A stretch of DNA of 63,812 bases, filler included, from Octopus bimaculoides (lineage: Eukaryota): NCBI RefSeq assembly GCF_001194135.2. It is 5 parts of 4 records of this genome, joined end to end, with 100 filler letters (N's around TTAATTAATTAA, not from the genome) between each part and the next. Parts side by side here need not be neighbours in the genome. Positions count along the whole stretch, not along the records: positions 36,706 to 58,741 come from NC_068983.1; 4 more parts are not named here. One strand, given 5' to 3'. The position numbers and the translations under genes were made by a program. Positions within the stretch are counted from its first letter, which is position 1, and each line of letters starts with the position of its first letter. Below, in pieces: positions 37,201-48,690 of the stretch. The notes beneath the pieces were generated by a model, which saw only the letters and a program-made list of their open reading frames with translations, was not told the DNA's origin and did not search any database.

Positions 37201-37279
37201 GTTAGTGTAAAGGTCATAGCTTGGAATTGAACTTGGAATCTTGGGGTTAGTAGCCCGCACTCTTAACCACTACGCCATA
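36995..37279 (-). mobile_element. tRNA-headed SINE-like element with (AAT)n linker and hammerhead-containing body
   Basis: A box TGGCGTAGTGG (37267-37277), B box GTTCAATTCC (37223-37232), (AAT)n, body with hammerhead core, tandem tgtaaataa tail. Confidence 0.7.
37059..37104 (-). ncRNA. Minimal type I hammerhead ribozyme motif (probably decayed)
   Basis: GACAC-CUGAUGA-A-GGCUG gagggucuau CAGCU-GAAA-C-AUU-GUGUU: stems I and II pair; stem III vestigial. Confidence 0.6.
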
Positions 37280-37344
37280 AAAAATTTATTTTTTAAATGG
37301 AGACCACCTCCCCTTGTGGGATGAAGTTAAAATAAAATAATAGA

Positions 37345-37490
37345 CAGAGAACACCACTGAAAAATACGAAAACTAAAAGAAGCAGCACATATGCTAGGAC
37401 ACACCAACCACCTAAGCACAGTGAGTGCAGATGTGAGCAGCATATGGGAACCGGTATCAAGGAAGGATAGAAATATATTAGATTTATAAA
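37345..37490 (+). mobile_element. Penelope-like element ORF C-terminal fragment (GIY-YIG end)
   Basis: IRKLKEAAHMLGHTNHLSTVSADVSSIWEP resembles the RKxKEA...S.IW.P motif of PLE endonuclease ends. Confidence 0.5.
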
Positions 37491-37519
37491 CCCTAAGATT
37501 CACTCCATAATTGCCCACG

Positions 37520-38093
37520 GGCAACATAGCTAAAACCAAAGTCTTAATAAGTAGGAAGGCAGACAAACCCTTCAGGTAGATGGCCCTGCTCGGTCTGTAG
37601 AAAAGGTGTAGGTAGAAACTCTATAAGATGTACCCAGTGTAAGATATGGACACATAAGAAGTGCAGCAATATCAAAAGAAGGCTAACTGGGAAGATAGTT
37701 TTTGTATGTGGCAGATGCTCAGGAGCAATAAACACTGAAAATGTGCAGAAAACAACTTCTGCCACATTCCAGGGAGAAAAACTAGACGTAGTTGATAACT
37801 TCCGTTATCTAGATGACCAAGTTAGTAGCGGGGGTGGATGCTCTGAAAGTGTAGCTGCTAGAATAAGAATAGCCTGAGCAAAGTTCAGAGAGCTCCTACC
37901 TCTGCTGGTGACAAAGGGCCTCTCACTCAGAGTAAAAGGCAGACTGTATGAAGTATGTGTACGAACAGCCATGCTACATGGCAGTGAAACATGGGCTGTG
38001 ACTGCTTAGGACATGCATAAGCTCGCAAGGAATGAAGTCAGTATGCTCTGCTGGATGTGTAATGTCAGTGTGCATACACGACAGAGTGTAAGC
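37520..38093 (+). mobile_element. RTE-clade LINE ORF2 3' fragment with premature stops
   Basis: AKTKVLISRK, Cys/His finger, FRYLDDQV, KGRLYEVCVRTAMLHGSETW; near-identical to 48243-48650. Confidence 0.9.
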
Positions 38094-38267
38094 ACGTAAA
38101 AGGCACCCACTACACTCGCGGAGTGGTTGGCATTAGGAAGGGTATCCAGCTGTAGAAGCTTCGCCAGACCAGATTGAGTGTGGTGCAGCTTCTGGCTCAC
38201 CAGTCCTTAGTCAAACCGTCCAACCCATGCCGGCATGGAAAGCGGATGTTAAATGATGATGATGATA
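38094..38267 (+). mobile_element. Family C tail fused directly to the RTE ORF
   Basis: gcacgtaaaaggcacccactacact...catggaaagcggatgttaaatgatgatgat. Confidence 0.85.
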
Positions 38268-38284
38268 TATATATGTGTGTGTGT

Positions 38285-38507
38285 GTGTTTGTCTGCATTT
38301 GTCCTCCACCACCACTTGACAACTGGTGTTGGTGTGTTTACATCCCTGTAACTTGGTGGTTTGGCAAAAGAAACCAATAGAATAACCACCAGGCTCTAAA
38401 ATAAGAAAAAGCAAGTCCTGGGGTTGATACATTCGACCAACACTTCTTTAAGGCAGTGCTCCAGCATGGCCGCAGTCTAATGACTGAAACAAGTAAAAAA
38501 TAAAAGA
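38285..38507 (+). mobile_element. Family A SINE 3' half
   Basis: gacaactggtgttggtgtgtttacatccc...gcagtctaatgactgaaacaagtaaaa. Confidence 0.8.
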
Positions 38508-38596
38508 GATACATATATATCTATGTACACGCACACACACAATATGTATACATACATTCAGCATAGTCACAGCCTTTGGGATGAAACACATAACAG

Positions 38597-38631
<35 letters not shown>

Positions 38632-38939
38632 TACATACTCGAAAGCGCTCACACACATGAGGAAATAAACTTCTTCCAAAAAGGTTAGTGACGTTCTGAT
38701 TGTAACTTATTTTCTAAATCTCCTTTATACTTAAAAACTTCATCAGAAATATAGAAAAAGTCCAAAGGGAAGACAGAGAAAGAAAATCGCCAACGATGCA
38801 CACGCGGTCGAGGGTCCCCCTCCAACCTTTAGCTCATGCAATTGAAAAAACCACATTACTTATACATATAGATAAGCAACTTTCTTTATTATAGTACAAA
38901 TGTGACTAATTTGGAGAAACGTTACTTTCATTATTCACA

Positions 38940-39191
38940 CATCATCACTCTCGTAATGCAACACTTTCTAATTTTGGTTGAAATTGAAAGTTTGAAACTA
39001 CTTTCCCTTTCAAATAACTAAAGCTGGTTGTTGAAATAATGTAGAAAATATGGAAATGAAAATAAAGTTTCTTTGGTAACCAAAACATTATTGAATATTT
39101 TGATACCTCAGAGGTCAAAATTTTCAAATGTATAAGGAACATACGTGCACATACACACATACAAACTCTCTTTTATATATATATATATAGA
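38940..39191 (-). mobile_element. Non-autonomous Helitron 5' end
   Basis: Minus strand reads A|TCTATATATATATATATAAAAGAGAGTTTGTATGTGTGTATG; 3' end not located. Confidence 0.5.
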
Positions 39192-40478
39192 TATATCCAC
39201 TAAATTACTGTCTATGTATTTTAATTAATTTTGAAAACATCAACGATTTGTGGGGTGGGGCACAGGGCTTTCTTAAAAACAACTTTTTTCAAGTCTTCTT
39301 GTTGTTGTCGTCATTGTTTGAACCATAAGCCAGCTGGGATTAAACTGACCNNNNNNNNNNTTTTCTTTTTTTTTTTTTTAAGATTCAGGAGATATTTGAC
39401 TGCACTTTCTAACAACCACATGAAGGCAATTTAGAACACAGCTTAACAAGAACGGTTTTTTTTTATGATGGGCAGATTTGATTTTTACAAAAATTGACAT
39501 TTATTAAAGTGTCCATTTTATTATTATTTTCATTATTATTTAAAAGACCCCAAGGAAATCTCAGGCAGGTTGTTTTATCACAAGGGTTAACAATGGGGTC
39601 AAAAATATCTGGACGTAAATAAATCCTGGGAAGGGAGGCTGTTCTACGGATCCTTTTCATTCATTATCTTTAAGCATCAGTCGTCCGTCCAGCTGCGACT
39701 TACAAACATGTCACCGTCATTTGTAATTTCTGTCTCTATGTCAACATAATATGAACTAAGAAATAAACCCCCCAATTCAGTCATTGTTCATATATTTTCC
39801 TATTGTTCTTTTTTATTATTATTATTTGTTTGTATGTGTGTGTGTATATCTTCATGTCTGAATTTGTCAAGGGGAGTGTGTGTGGAGTTGGGTATGGGGG
39901 GGGGGTCATTTTTGACAGATGAATTTGCCCGGGCACAAAAATGGGGTACGATATTCATAGGGTNNNNNNNNNNNNNNNNNNNNNNNNNNNNNNNNNNNNN
40001 NNNNNNNNNNNNNNNNNNNNNNNNNNNNNNNNNNNNNNNNNNNNNNNNNNNNNNNNNNNNNNNNNNNNNNNNNNNNNNNNNNNNNNNNNNNNNNNNNNNN
40101 NNNNNNNNNNNNNNNNNNNNNNNNNNNNNNNNNNNNNNNNNNNNNNNNNNNNNNNNNNNNNNNNNNNNNNNNNNNNNNNNNNNNNNNNNNNNNNNNNNNN
40201 NNNNNNNNNNNNNNNNNNNNNNNNNNNNNNNNNNNNNNNNNNNNNNNNNNNNNNNNNNNNNNNNNNNNNNNNNNNTATATGCATATATATATATATATAT
40301 ATGCATGTATGTATATATGTATGTATATATATATATGTATGTATGTATGTGTGTGTGTACACACACAACCACACATACACACCTATATATATATATATAT
40401 ACACACACATACAATCAATTACTTTCAATTGATTAATATGTTAAGATATTTTTAATTAACCTCAAATGAAATTTGAAA

Positions 40479-40536
<58 letters not shown>

Positions 40537-40679
40537 CAGACTAATAAGTTTGCATCTGAAGTTAATGGTGAAACATCATAATTTAATTAATTGCTCTGAC
40601 TCTTGACCTTTTGAATTCAAATCGTATCGAAGCCAAATTCTTATTTTTCATCTTTTTAGGGTTGATGTGTGTGTGTGTG

Positions 40680-40872
40680 TGTGTCCCACCACCTCTTGGC
40701 AACTGGTGCTAGTGTGTTTACATCCCTGTAACTTAGCGGTTCAGAAATAGAGACCGATGGAATAAGTACCGAGACATTTAAAAAATAGTACTTGGATCAA
40801 TTCATTCGACCAAAATTCTTCAAGGCGGTGCCCCAGCATGGCCGCAGTCTAATGACTGAAACAAGTAAAAGG
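40680..40872 (+). mobile_element. Family A SINE 3' half
   Basis: gtaacttagcggttcag...ggcggtgccccagcatggccgcagtctaatgactgaaacaag. Confidence 0.8.
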
Positions 40873-40954
40873 TAGGTGTGTGTGTGTGTGTGTGTTGCAC
40901 GCCTGTCTGTATGTATCTCCCTCCCTCACTTTCTATCGCTCTTTCTCCCTCTTC

Positions 40955-40961
<7 letters not shown>

Positions 40962-41034
<73 letters not shown>
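40962..41034. repeat. (CT)n microsatellite
   Basis: Direct reading. Confidence 0.95.
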
Positions 41035-41037
<3 letters not shown>

Positions 41038-41049
41038 TATTAATGCTTA

Positions 41050-42295
41050 CAGGGATCAGAAAAATATTTGAAACACCTTTTTAAATAGAATTCTTTAATA
41101 CTTCAAACAGAAATACTACCGATGTCAACTTCGCCTTTTGTCCTTTCAAATTCAATACAAGGACCAGTTGAACACTGGGGTTCGACATAATCTTGTCGAT
41201 TCTATTGAACCCTTCTGTCAAAGTTTCAGGCTTTGTGCCTAATAATTATTCACTACCAAAGATGGTTCGCCCTGCCATCAGTCAGAGCTTTAATATATTC
41301 AGGAATTGACTACAAAGATTTTGAGCTGTCCTAAAAGCTTCTTTTAGCTCTTTCAGCGATGATGGTGGATGGAAGTGGCTGATCACTTGCTGCACCAAAA
41401 TGCACCATAAATGTTCGATTATATTGGGATCCAGTGATTGGGAGGACCAATCCCAGGGGTATTCCTCACTTTTGCACTCATCTTGACAATTTTGAATAAT
41501 ATTATCCGTGTGAATCAGTGCATTTATCGTCCTGGAAGATTGCACTACTACCAAGGAACATTGTTTGTACCAGCGACTAAAGGACCAAGTGAACTCTGTG
41601 ATATGGCTGCTGAAATCATCACAGAGCCACCCCTATGCTCACGGCAGGGACCAAACAATTAGGGTTGAAGGTTCTTTGGTCTGTCTCTAGACATAAAGTC
41701 ACCTCAAAGGGGGAAAAAGAGTGAATGATGATTCTTCAGCAGAACACGGCAATGTTCCATTGCACCACTGACTGCATCTGATTGTCTAAACCATTTTTTC
41801 TTGCTTATCAGGGGAGTTTTAGCAATTGCAGCCTTCCCATGGAGTCCAACTTTATGAAGATTGCAATGAATGCTTTTGATCAACATACCATTGGCAAAAT
41901 GGTGCTTTAGCTCTGCTCTCACTTTAGCTGCTGTGGTTTTTTTGACACATACGTTTTGTTATTCTGCAATTCTTTTCTGTGAGCTTTGCTTTCCATCCAG
42001 AATCTAGAGCTGGTTTTACCTTGATTTCGGAATGCCAAACTGATTTTAGAGACTGTATTTCTCATTACATTAAACAGTTCAGTGACTGAAGCTCTGCTCA
42101 TTTGTGCTCTTCAAAAATTAGATTTGTCAAGCGTTTTAACTTATCTAAATATAAATATCTGCTAAAACAGTGGAAAACATTGGGTTCTATCGTGAAGTAG
42201 AAGGCATACATAATGCATATGCAGACTAGAACAGTTTTGAATGTATCATTACGAGTTAAATAAAAAGTTGTTTCCATTATTTTGTCTAGCCCCTG
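41050..42295 (-). mobile_element. Decayed Tc1-like (DD34E) transposon with both TIRs
   Basis: TA|cagggatcagaaaaatatttgaaacacc ... gttgtttccattattttgtctagcccctg|TA; fragments LHKVGLHGKAAIAK and WSSQSLDPNIIEHLW...PPSSLKEL. Confidence 0.85.
41118..41243 (+). mobile_element. Family B SINE fragment nested in the Tc1 element
   Basis: gatgtcaacttcgcctttt...accagttgaacactgggg...aaagtttcaggctttgtgcc. Confidence 0.6.
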
Positions 42296-42651
42296 TACTT
42301 ACACACACACACACACACACATACACACACACACACTAAAGTAAGAGTGGGAACAGTCATCAGAAATTCCTTCATTGGTTTAATCATGTTAAAATTTTAG
42401 ATAAAAATCATTGAATTCGTTTTTCCTTTAAATTTATTTATTTTAATTTCTTTCACTACCCACCCCAAACACAAAAATAAAAGTTTGCAGAGGAACAGAA
42501 TATAAAACAAAAGCAAAATACTTCAATTTACACTTTTAATGCAACAGATTTGACAACTAAATTTAAATGTCATTAAAAATATAGTCAAGCTTTGTACAAT
42601 TTGTAAATTATTTTTATTAAAACTACAATACAATTTAGAATTACAATTGCA

Positions 42652-42900
42652 TCATCATCATCATCATCGTCGTCGTCGCCATGTTCATTTAACGTCCACT
42701 TTTCCATGCTTCCATGGCTTGGACGGAATTCATCGATGCAACTGTTCTATGCCATCCCTCATCTGTTTTGGAAGCAAAATAATATTTCTCTTTTGACGGC
42801 CAGACATGTTTACGCAGAATATTGAGTATGAACAACATTGTTTCTATGATGGAGGACGCTCGTTTGTAACCATCACGGGATGTCGAGACGAGAGTGTGCT
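42652..42900 (-). mobile_element. Family C variant (C2)
   Basis: (atc)n...catttaacgtccacttttccatgc; body shared with 24765-24990. Confidence 0.6.
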
Positions 42901-42924
42901 TCCTCATTTTACATCTACCAAATT

Positions 42925-43058
42925 CATTCACGCACGATGCTTTGATCAACTCTGGGCTAGAGTAGAAGACACTTGCCCAAGGTGCCACTCAGTGGCACTG
43001 AAGCCAAGACCACAGGGTTGGCAAGAAGCTAACTTCTTAACCACAAAACTCTATGCCG
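42925..43058 (-). mobile_element. Family A SINE 5' fragment
   Basis: gctagagtagaagacacttgcccaaggtgccac. Confidence 0.7.
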
Positions 43059-44057
43059 ACACCAATCAAATATTTCAAAGAAAAAAAAAATCTAATCTCT
43101 TTCATTCTTTAATCTCTGTCTTTTACTTTCTCTTCCTACCTCCCCCCTCTCTCTCTTCTCTCTGCCCCTGTCTCTCTCTCTCTTTCCCCCTTATCTATTT
43201 ATCTCCATCCCTCCCCTCCCCCTCTCTCTGTAATTAACATTTATCACCTAATCTCTTCTTCTTCTTCTTCTTCCTGGGTGTAACACTTTTCAACTTTAAA
43301 CATTTGATGCTCTTTCATTTCCTTCTCTTTGATTTTGATTATTTCTTTTGTTCTTGTTTTCTTTTTGACTTTTCGCTATTCATTGTGATTCATTCTTATA
43401 TAACCCGATGCTCCAGCTTGGCTGCAGTCCAATGGCTGAAGCAAATCGAAAGTTGACATTTTTTTATCGCTTTGTTCAAAAGGACGGTCATAATCTTGAC
43501 CCTTTATAGGGGTTCTGAGAGTTTTGGGAAGAAGAAAGGAAGTTAACCTCGAATTGGGGACACGATCCCTAATGCTGAAGACTCCCAAGGGACCATATGA
43601 GGGGTTAAACAGGGTAAATGATTTAATCTACTCCTCTTTTGAGTAAGCCACGGTAGGATTTGAACTCAGAACGCAATGACCCAAAACAAATAAATACCAC
43701 GAGGTATCAGCTCTGTTCACAGTTTGATAATTCTGAAAGTCCCTTAACCTGAATGGAATTTTATTTATTGACCACAGAAACATGAAAAGAAAACGAAACC
43801 TCTAAGGGATTTGAACCCAAAATGACATGGATTCTTCTCTTAGAAATAGAAAAGTATTAATGCCGTTTGGCCTTCATCGGTCGTCCTCAACCATTTATGG
43901 CTCAATGCCTTTTATCCGTACATGGCATTTTACAAGCGTTCCTCTCCATGCTTGCCTCCCACTGCCAAAATAAAATTTTAAAAAATTAAATCATTTTGCC
44001 CTTTGGTTTCCCATCGATCGTGTGTCTGCTTTCTAACAACCCAATCTCCTCCAGAAC

Positions 44058-44160
44058 ATGATTGATTCGTTATTTTATCGATCTCGAAAGGATGAAGAGC
44101 AAAAATCGACTTCAGTGAGATTTCGAAATGAGTCGGAAGAAATACCGCTCGACATGCAAC
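44058..44160 (-). mobile_element. Family B SINE fragment
   Basis: atcgatctcgaaaggatgaagagcaaaaatcgacttc...gaaataccgct. Confidence 0.6.
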
Positions 44161-44756
44161 ATAATAATATATGCCTTTTAGAAAAGGTATGAACACCACA
44201 ACGCAACGTCTGTCTTCTGTACAATCTAAAGCTTGCATGATTACGTAAGAATTTATACACACGTACGCAAACACACACACAGAGGCGCGTACGCTCTCAT
44301 ATATTCACAGAGACATTCACAGATGGAAAGAGACAGTAAACAATTGTGAATGCATGTATGTTTGTATGTATGTTTATTTTCGTACGTGTGTATTAGCGTA
44401 ACAATTTGTTAGCCATATGTTTAAAGCTAGCAAATTGCTCGAGTTAAGTTCTAGGTCATAAGAGAAACCCTCGCAAGATCCTCCTATAAAATATTTAATG
44501 ACTTTTAAATCTGTATTTCACCTTTCTTTTCTGCTAACAACTAACACAAATCATCTCAGCTTGTGACGACGTGATGCACCCATTGCATATGTTTCTAACC
44601 TATGCCACTTCCTCCTCCAACAAACTCACTCAACAAGGAACTCTGCATCAAACGCCTAAATGTTAACCACCGACTATCTCCTCCTCCTCCTCCTTTCATT
44701 TATTTATTTTTCTTTTCCTTTTACCGTTTCTCAACTTAGTGACTGCTTATTTTCCT

Positions 44757-44835
44757 TTCTTCTTCTTCTTCTTCTTCTTCTTCTTCTTCTTCTTCTTCTT
44801 CTTCTTCTTCTTCTTCTTCTTCTTCTTCTTCTTCT
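44757..44835. repeat. (TCT)n microsatellite; an (ATCT)n tract follows at ~44968-45030
   Basis: Direct reading. Confidence 0.95.
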
Positions 44836-44968
44836 CCTCCTTCTCTATCATCGTCACAACCATCATACTAGAATCTCTTAAAAACAATATCTCTCTTTTC
44901 TGTTCTAATACCCACAAAATGTACTGAACCGAAATACATTTTTTTAACCCCTTACTACTAATGTTTAC

Positions 44969-45025
<57 letters not shown>

Positions 45026-45255
45026 CCTATCTATATCGTCTGTAAAAAACATAAATCCGAAAGAAAAGGCTTACTCTAAGATGTAGAGCAGTATATATCA
45101 TTAAAAATGGGGAAGATCGGTTTGTGAGATTACCTTAATATTTTTAAGAAGTCTTGGGCCAACAGGTTTTGGGACCTGACGACATGCCATAAAGCTAAAC
45201 CGTTTATGGACGGGAGACCTAAAGTAATCCCATAAACCGGCCATCCCCATTTTCT

Positions 45256-45281
45256 TCTATATATATAAAAATGAGAATGTG

Positions 45282-45316
<35 letters not shown>

Positions 45317-46584
45317 GTGAATCCCTAAAACTCGAGAACTACGCAACTAATTTCATTCAAATTTTACGGATGCCTTACTTAGGGTTCCAGTTGTGTTTTA
45401 GTAAAAAAATTTTTTAAACTTCTTCCAGAGTTCGAGCCCACAGCAACTTAATATCTCCTCCACTATTTAAGTATTACGTGTCAAAAGTGAAACAAAAACA
45501 CTCATGTCAAATACTTTCACTTTAAAAATGAAACTATTCTACTAACTGAAACAATCACATTTCGATACTTTCAGAGAGAGAGAAAGAGATGTATATGTAT
45601 ACATATACATATACATGTATATGTACACGTATATGCANNNNNNNNNNNNNNNNNNNNNNNNNNNNNNNNNNNNNNNNNNNNNNNNNNNNNNNNNNNNNNN
45701 NNNNNNNNNNNNNNNNNNNNNNNNNNNNNNNNNNNNNNNNNNNNNNNNNNNNNNNNNNNNNNNNNNNNNNNNNNNNNNNNNNNNNNNNNNNNNNNNNNNN
45801 NNNNNNNNNNNNNNNNNNNNNNNNNNNNNNNNNNNNNNNNNNNNNNNNNNNNNNNNNNNNNNNNNNNNNNNNNNNNNNNNNNNNNNNNNNNNNNNNNNNN
45901 NNNNNNNNNNNNNNNNNNNNNNNNNNNNNNNNNNNNNNNNNNNNNNNNNNNNNNNNNNNNNNNNNNNNNNNNNNNNNNNNNNNNNNNNNNNNNNNNNNNN
46001 NNNNNNNNNNNNNNNNNNNNNNNNNNNNNNNNNNNNNNNNNNNNNNNNNNNNNNNNNNNNNNNNNNNNNNNNNNNNNNNNNNNNNNNNNNNNNNNNNNNN
46101 NNNNNNNNNNNNNNNNNNNNNNNNNNNNNNNNNNNNNNNNNNNNNNNNNNNNNNNNNNNNNNNNNNNNNNNNNNNNNNNNNNNNNNNNNNNNNNNNNNNN
46201 NNNNNNNNNNNNNNNNNNNNNNNNNNNNNNNNNNNNNNNNNNNNNNNNNNNNNNNNNNNNNNNNNNNNNNNNNNNNNNNNNNNNNNNNNNNNNNNNNNNN
46301 NNNNNNNNNNNNNNNNNNNNNNNNNNNNNNNNNNNCCTTTGGGTCTTTTTATTATCACTACGACACACATAGTCCCCAGTTGGTAACATTGATTTCAAGG
46401 CCCTCCTAGATGAGAGACTAGCATTCCACTTAATGTCTATGTTCCATGCTGGCATGGATTGGAGAGTTATTAATGTAGAAATATGGTTTCGTAGCTACTA
46501 ACAGTTGAGGGTTGCGTAGTCTAGACGGCGTTTTTAGATTTCATTATTCTCTTTAACCCGGGCAAAGCCGGGTATTTCTGCTAG
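45256..46584 (+). mobile_element. Non-autonomous Helitron ends (5' and 3' ends separated by a gap; may be two elements)
   Basis: 5' TCTATATATATAAAAATGAG + (GTCT)n; 3' hairpin acccgg-gcaaag-ccgggt (46556-46573) then CTAG|T. Confidence 0.6.
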
Positions 46585-46603
46585 TTAATATAATATTTAT
46601 ATA

Positions 46604-47000
46604 CTAGACTACCCGTGACCCGTTGGGTCACCGGGAAACTCCGAGTTTCTCAGCAACGGAGTTTTGTTTCGTGGGTTTTTTTTCCCCTTTCCCCGGTTAT
46701 TTCGCATGGTTTCAACGAATGTGACATCGAATTCATGCATAAACGGCTCCTTACCCCAGAAAAGGAAAGATTTGGCTGCTATTTCTTGCATGCCCTGCTA
46801 TCACGTAACAGGTATTTCGGGTCCTTTATCGCAAATAATTGTTATGTGGTAGCAGGGCGTGCTAGAAAGAGCAGCCAAATCTTTGGAGGTGAGATACGTT
46901 GAATGCACTCGAAGAAGAATAAAAAACCTGTGGAAAAAAAAAACCTATTTCACGCCGAGGTTAGGAACGGGTCTTTTACAAAATATCTACCGTATTTGTA
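46604..47000 (-). mobile_element. Helitron 3' portion, opposite orientation
   Basis: a|ctag at 46604-46607 next to hairpin cccgtgaccc-gtt-gggtcaccggg; 5' end replaced by the RTE insertion. Confidence 0.6.
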
Positions 47001-47014
47001 TTTCGTGTTGCAAG

Positions 47015-48690
47015 ACAGTGCGTGAGAGAGAATCGTGATGTCGTAGGAGAGAAATGTGTCCGCGTGGATGATGGTTCACTTGCAGTAAACGAGGCTGCAA
47101 AGAGAGAGGTTTGGAGACGCCACTATGAAAGATTGCTCAACAAAGAGAATGAATGGGAGAAAGAGAGTCTGCCGAATGTCGACCCAACTGAGGGCCCAGC
47201 TATCTGAATTGACAGTACCATGGTAGATAAAGCAATTAAGAGTATGAAGACAGGGAAAGCTCCCGGCCCATCAGGAATCACTGCAGAGATGCTCAAAATA
47301 TCTAGCAGTGTCGGCTATAGCCTAGTCACCAGTATAGTTAACCAGGTTATACAAGAAGGAGTCATACCCAATGACTGGTGTAGCAGCATCATAGTCAACT
47401 GCTACAAAAGTAAAGGTGACGCTTTAGACACAAACAATTACAGAGGTATCAAGTTGTTGGATCAGGTAATGAAAGTCACAGAGAGGGTCATAGCCCAACT
47501 AATTAGGGAGNNNNNNNNNNNNNNNNNNNNNNNNNNNNNNNNNNNNNNNNNNNNNNNNNNNNNNNNNNNNNNNNNNNNNNNNNNNNNNNNNNNNNNNNNN
47601 NNNNNNNNNNNNNNNNNNNNNNNNNNNNNNNNNNNNNNNNNNNNNNNNNNNNNNNNNNNNNNNNNNNNNNNNNNNNNNNNNNNNNNNNNNNNNNNNNNNN
47701 NNNNNNNNNNNNNNNNNNNNNNNNNNNNNNNNNNNNNNNNNNNNNNNNNNNNNNNNNNNNNNNNNNNNNNNNNNNNNNNNNNNNNNNNNNNNNNNNNNNN
47801 NNNNNNNNNNNNNNNNNNNNNNNNNNNNNNNNNNNNNNNNNNNNNNNNNNNNNNNNNNNNNNNNNNNNNNNNNNNNNNNNNNNNNNNNNNNNNNNNNNNN
47901 NNNNNNNNNNNNNNNNNNNNNNNNNNNNNNNNNNNNNNNNNNNNNNNNNNNNNNNNNNNNNNNNNNNNNNNNNNNNNNNNNNNNNNNNNNNNNNNNNNNN
48001 NNNNNNNNNNNNNNNNNNNNNNNNNNNNNNNNNNNNNNNNNNNNNNNNNNNNNNNNNNNNNNNNNNNNNNNNNNNNNNNNNNNNNNNNNNNNNNNNNNNN
48101 NNNNNNNNNNNNNNNNNNNNNNNNNNNNNNNNNNNNNNNNNNNNNNNNNNNNNNNNNNNNNNNNNNNNNNNNNNNNNNNNNNNNNNNNNNNNNNNNNNNN
48201 NNNNNNNNNNNNNNNNNNNNNNNNNNNNNNNNNNNNNNNNNNCTGGGAAGATAGTTTTTGTATGTGGCAGATGCTCAGGAGCAATAAACACTGAAAATGT
48301 GCAGAAAACAACTTCTGCCACATTCCAGGGAGAAAAACTAGACGTAGTTGATAACTTCCGTTATCTAGATGACCAAGTTAGTAGCGGGGGTGGATGCTCT
48401 GAAAGTGTAGCTGCTAGAATAAGAATAGCCTGGGCAAAGTTCAGGGAGCTCTTACCTCTGCTGGTGACAAAGGGCCTCTCGCTCAGAGTAAAAGGTAGAC
48501 TGTATGATGCATGTGTACGAACAGCCATGTTACATGGCAGTGAAACATGGGCTGTGACTGCTGAGGACATGCGTAAGTTCGCAAGGAATGATGTCAGTAG
48601 ACTCTGCTGGATGTGTAATGTCAGTGTGCATACTCGACAGAGTGTAAGTACCTTGAGAGAAAAGTTGGATTTAAGAAGCATCAGTTGTGA
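47015..48690 (+). mobile_element. RTE-clade LINE ORF2, 5'-truncated, RT core lost in a gap
   Basis: WRRHYERLLN, AIKSMKTGKAPGPSGITAEMLK, YKSKGD..NNYRGIKLL, then FRYLDDQV...LHGSETW...LREKL; in-frame TGA at 47205. Confidence 0.95.

Noticed and set aside
43855-43885. CCGAUGAAGGCC hammerhead-like start on the minus strand
   Set aside because: No GAAA box follows
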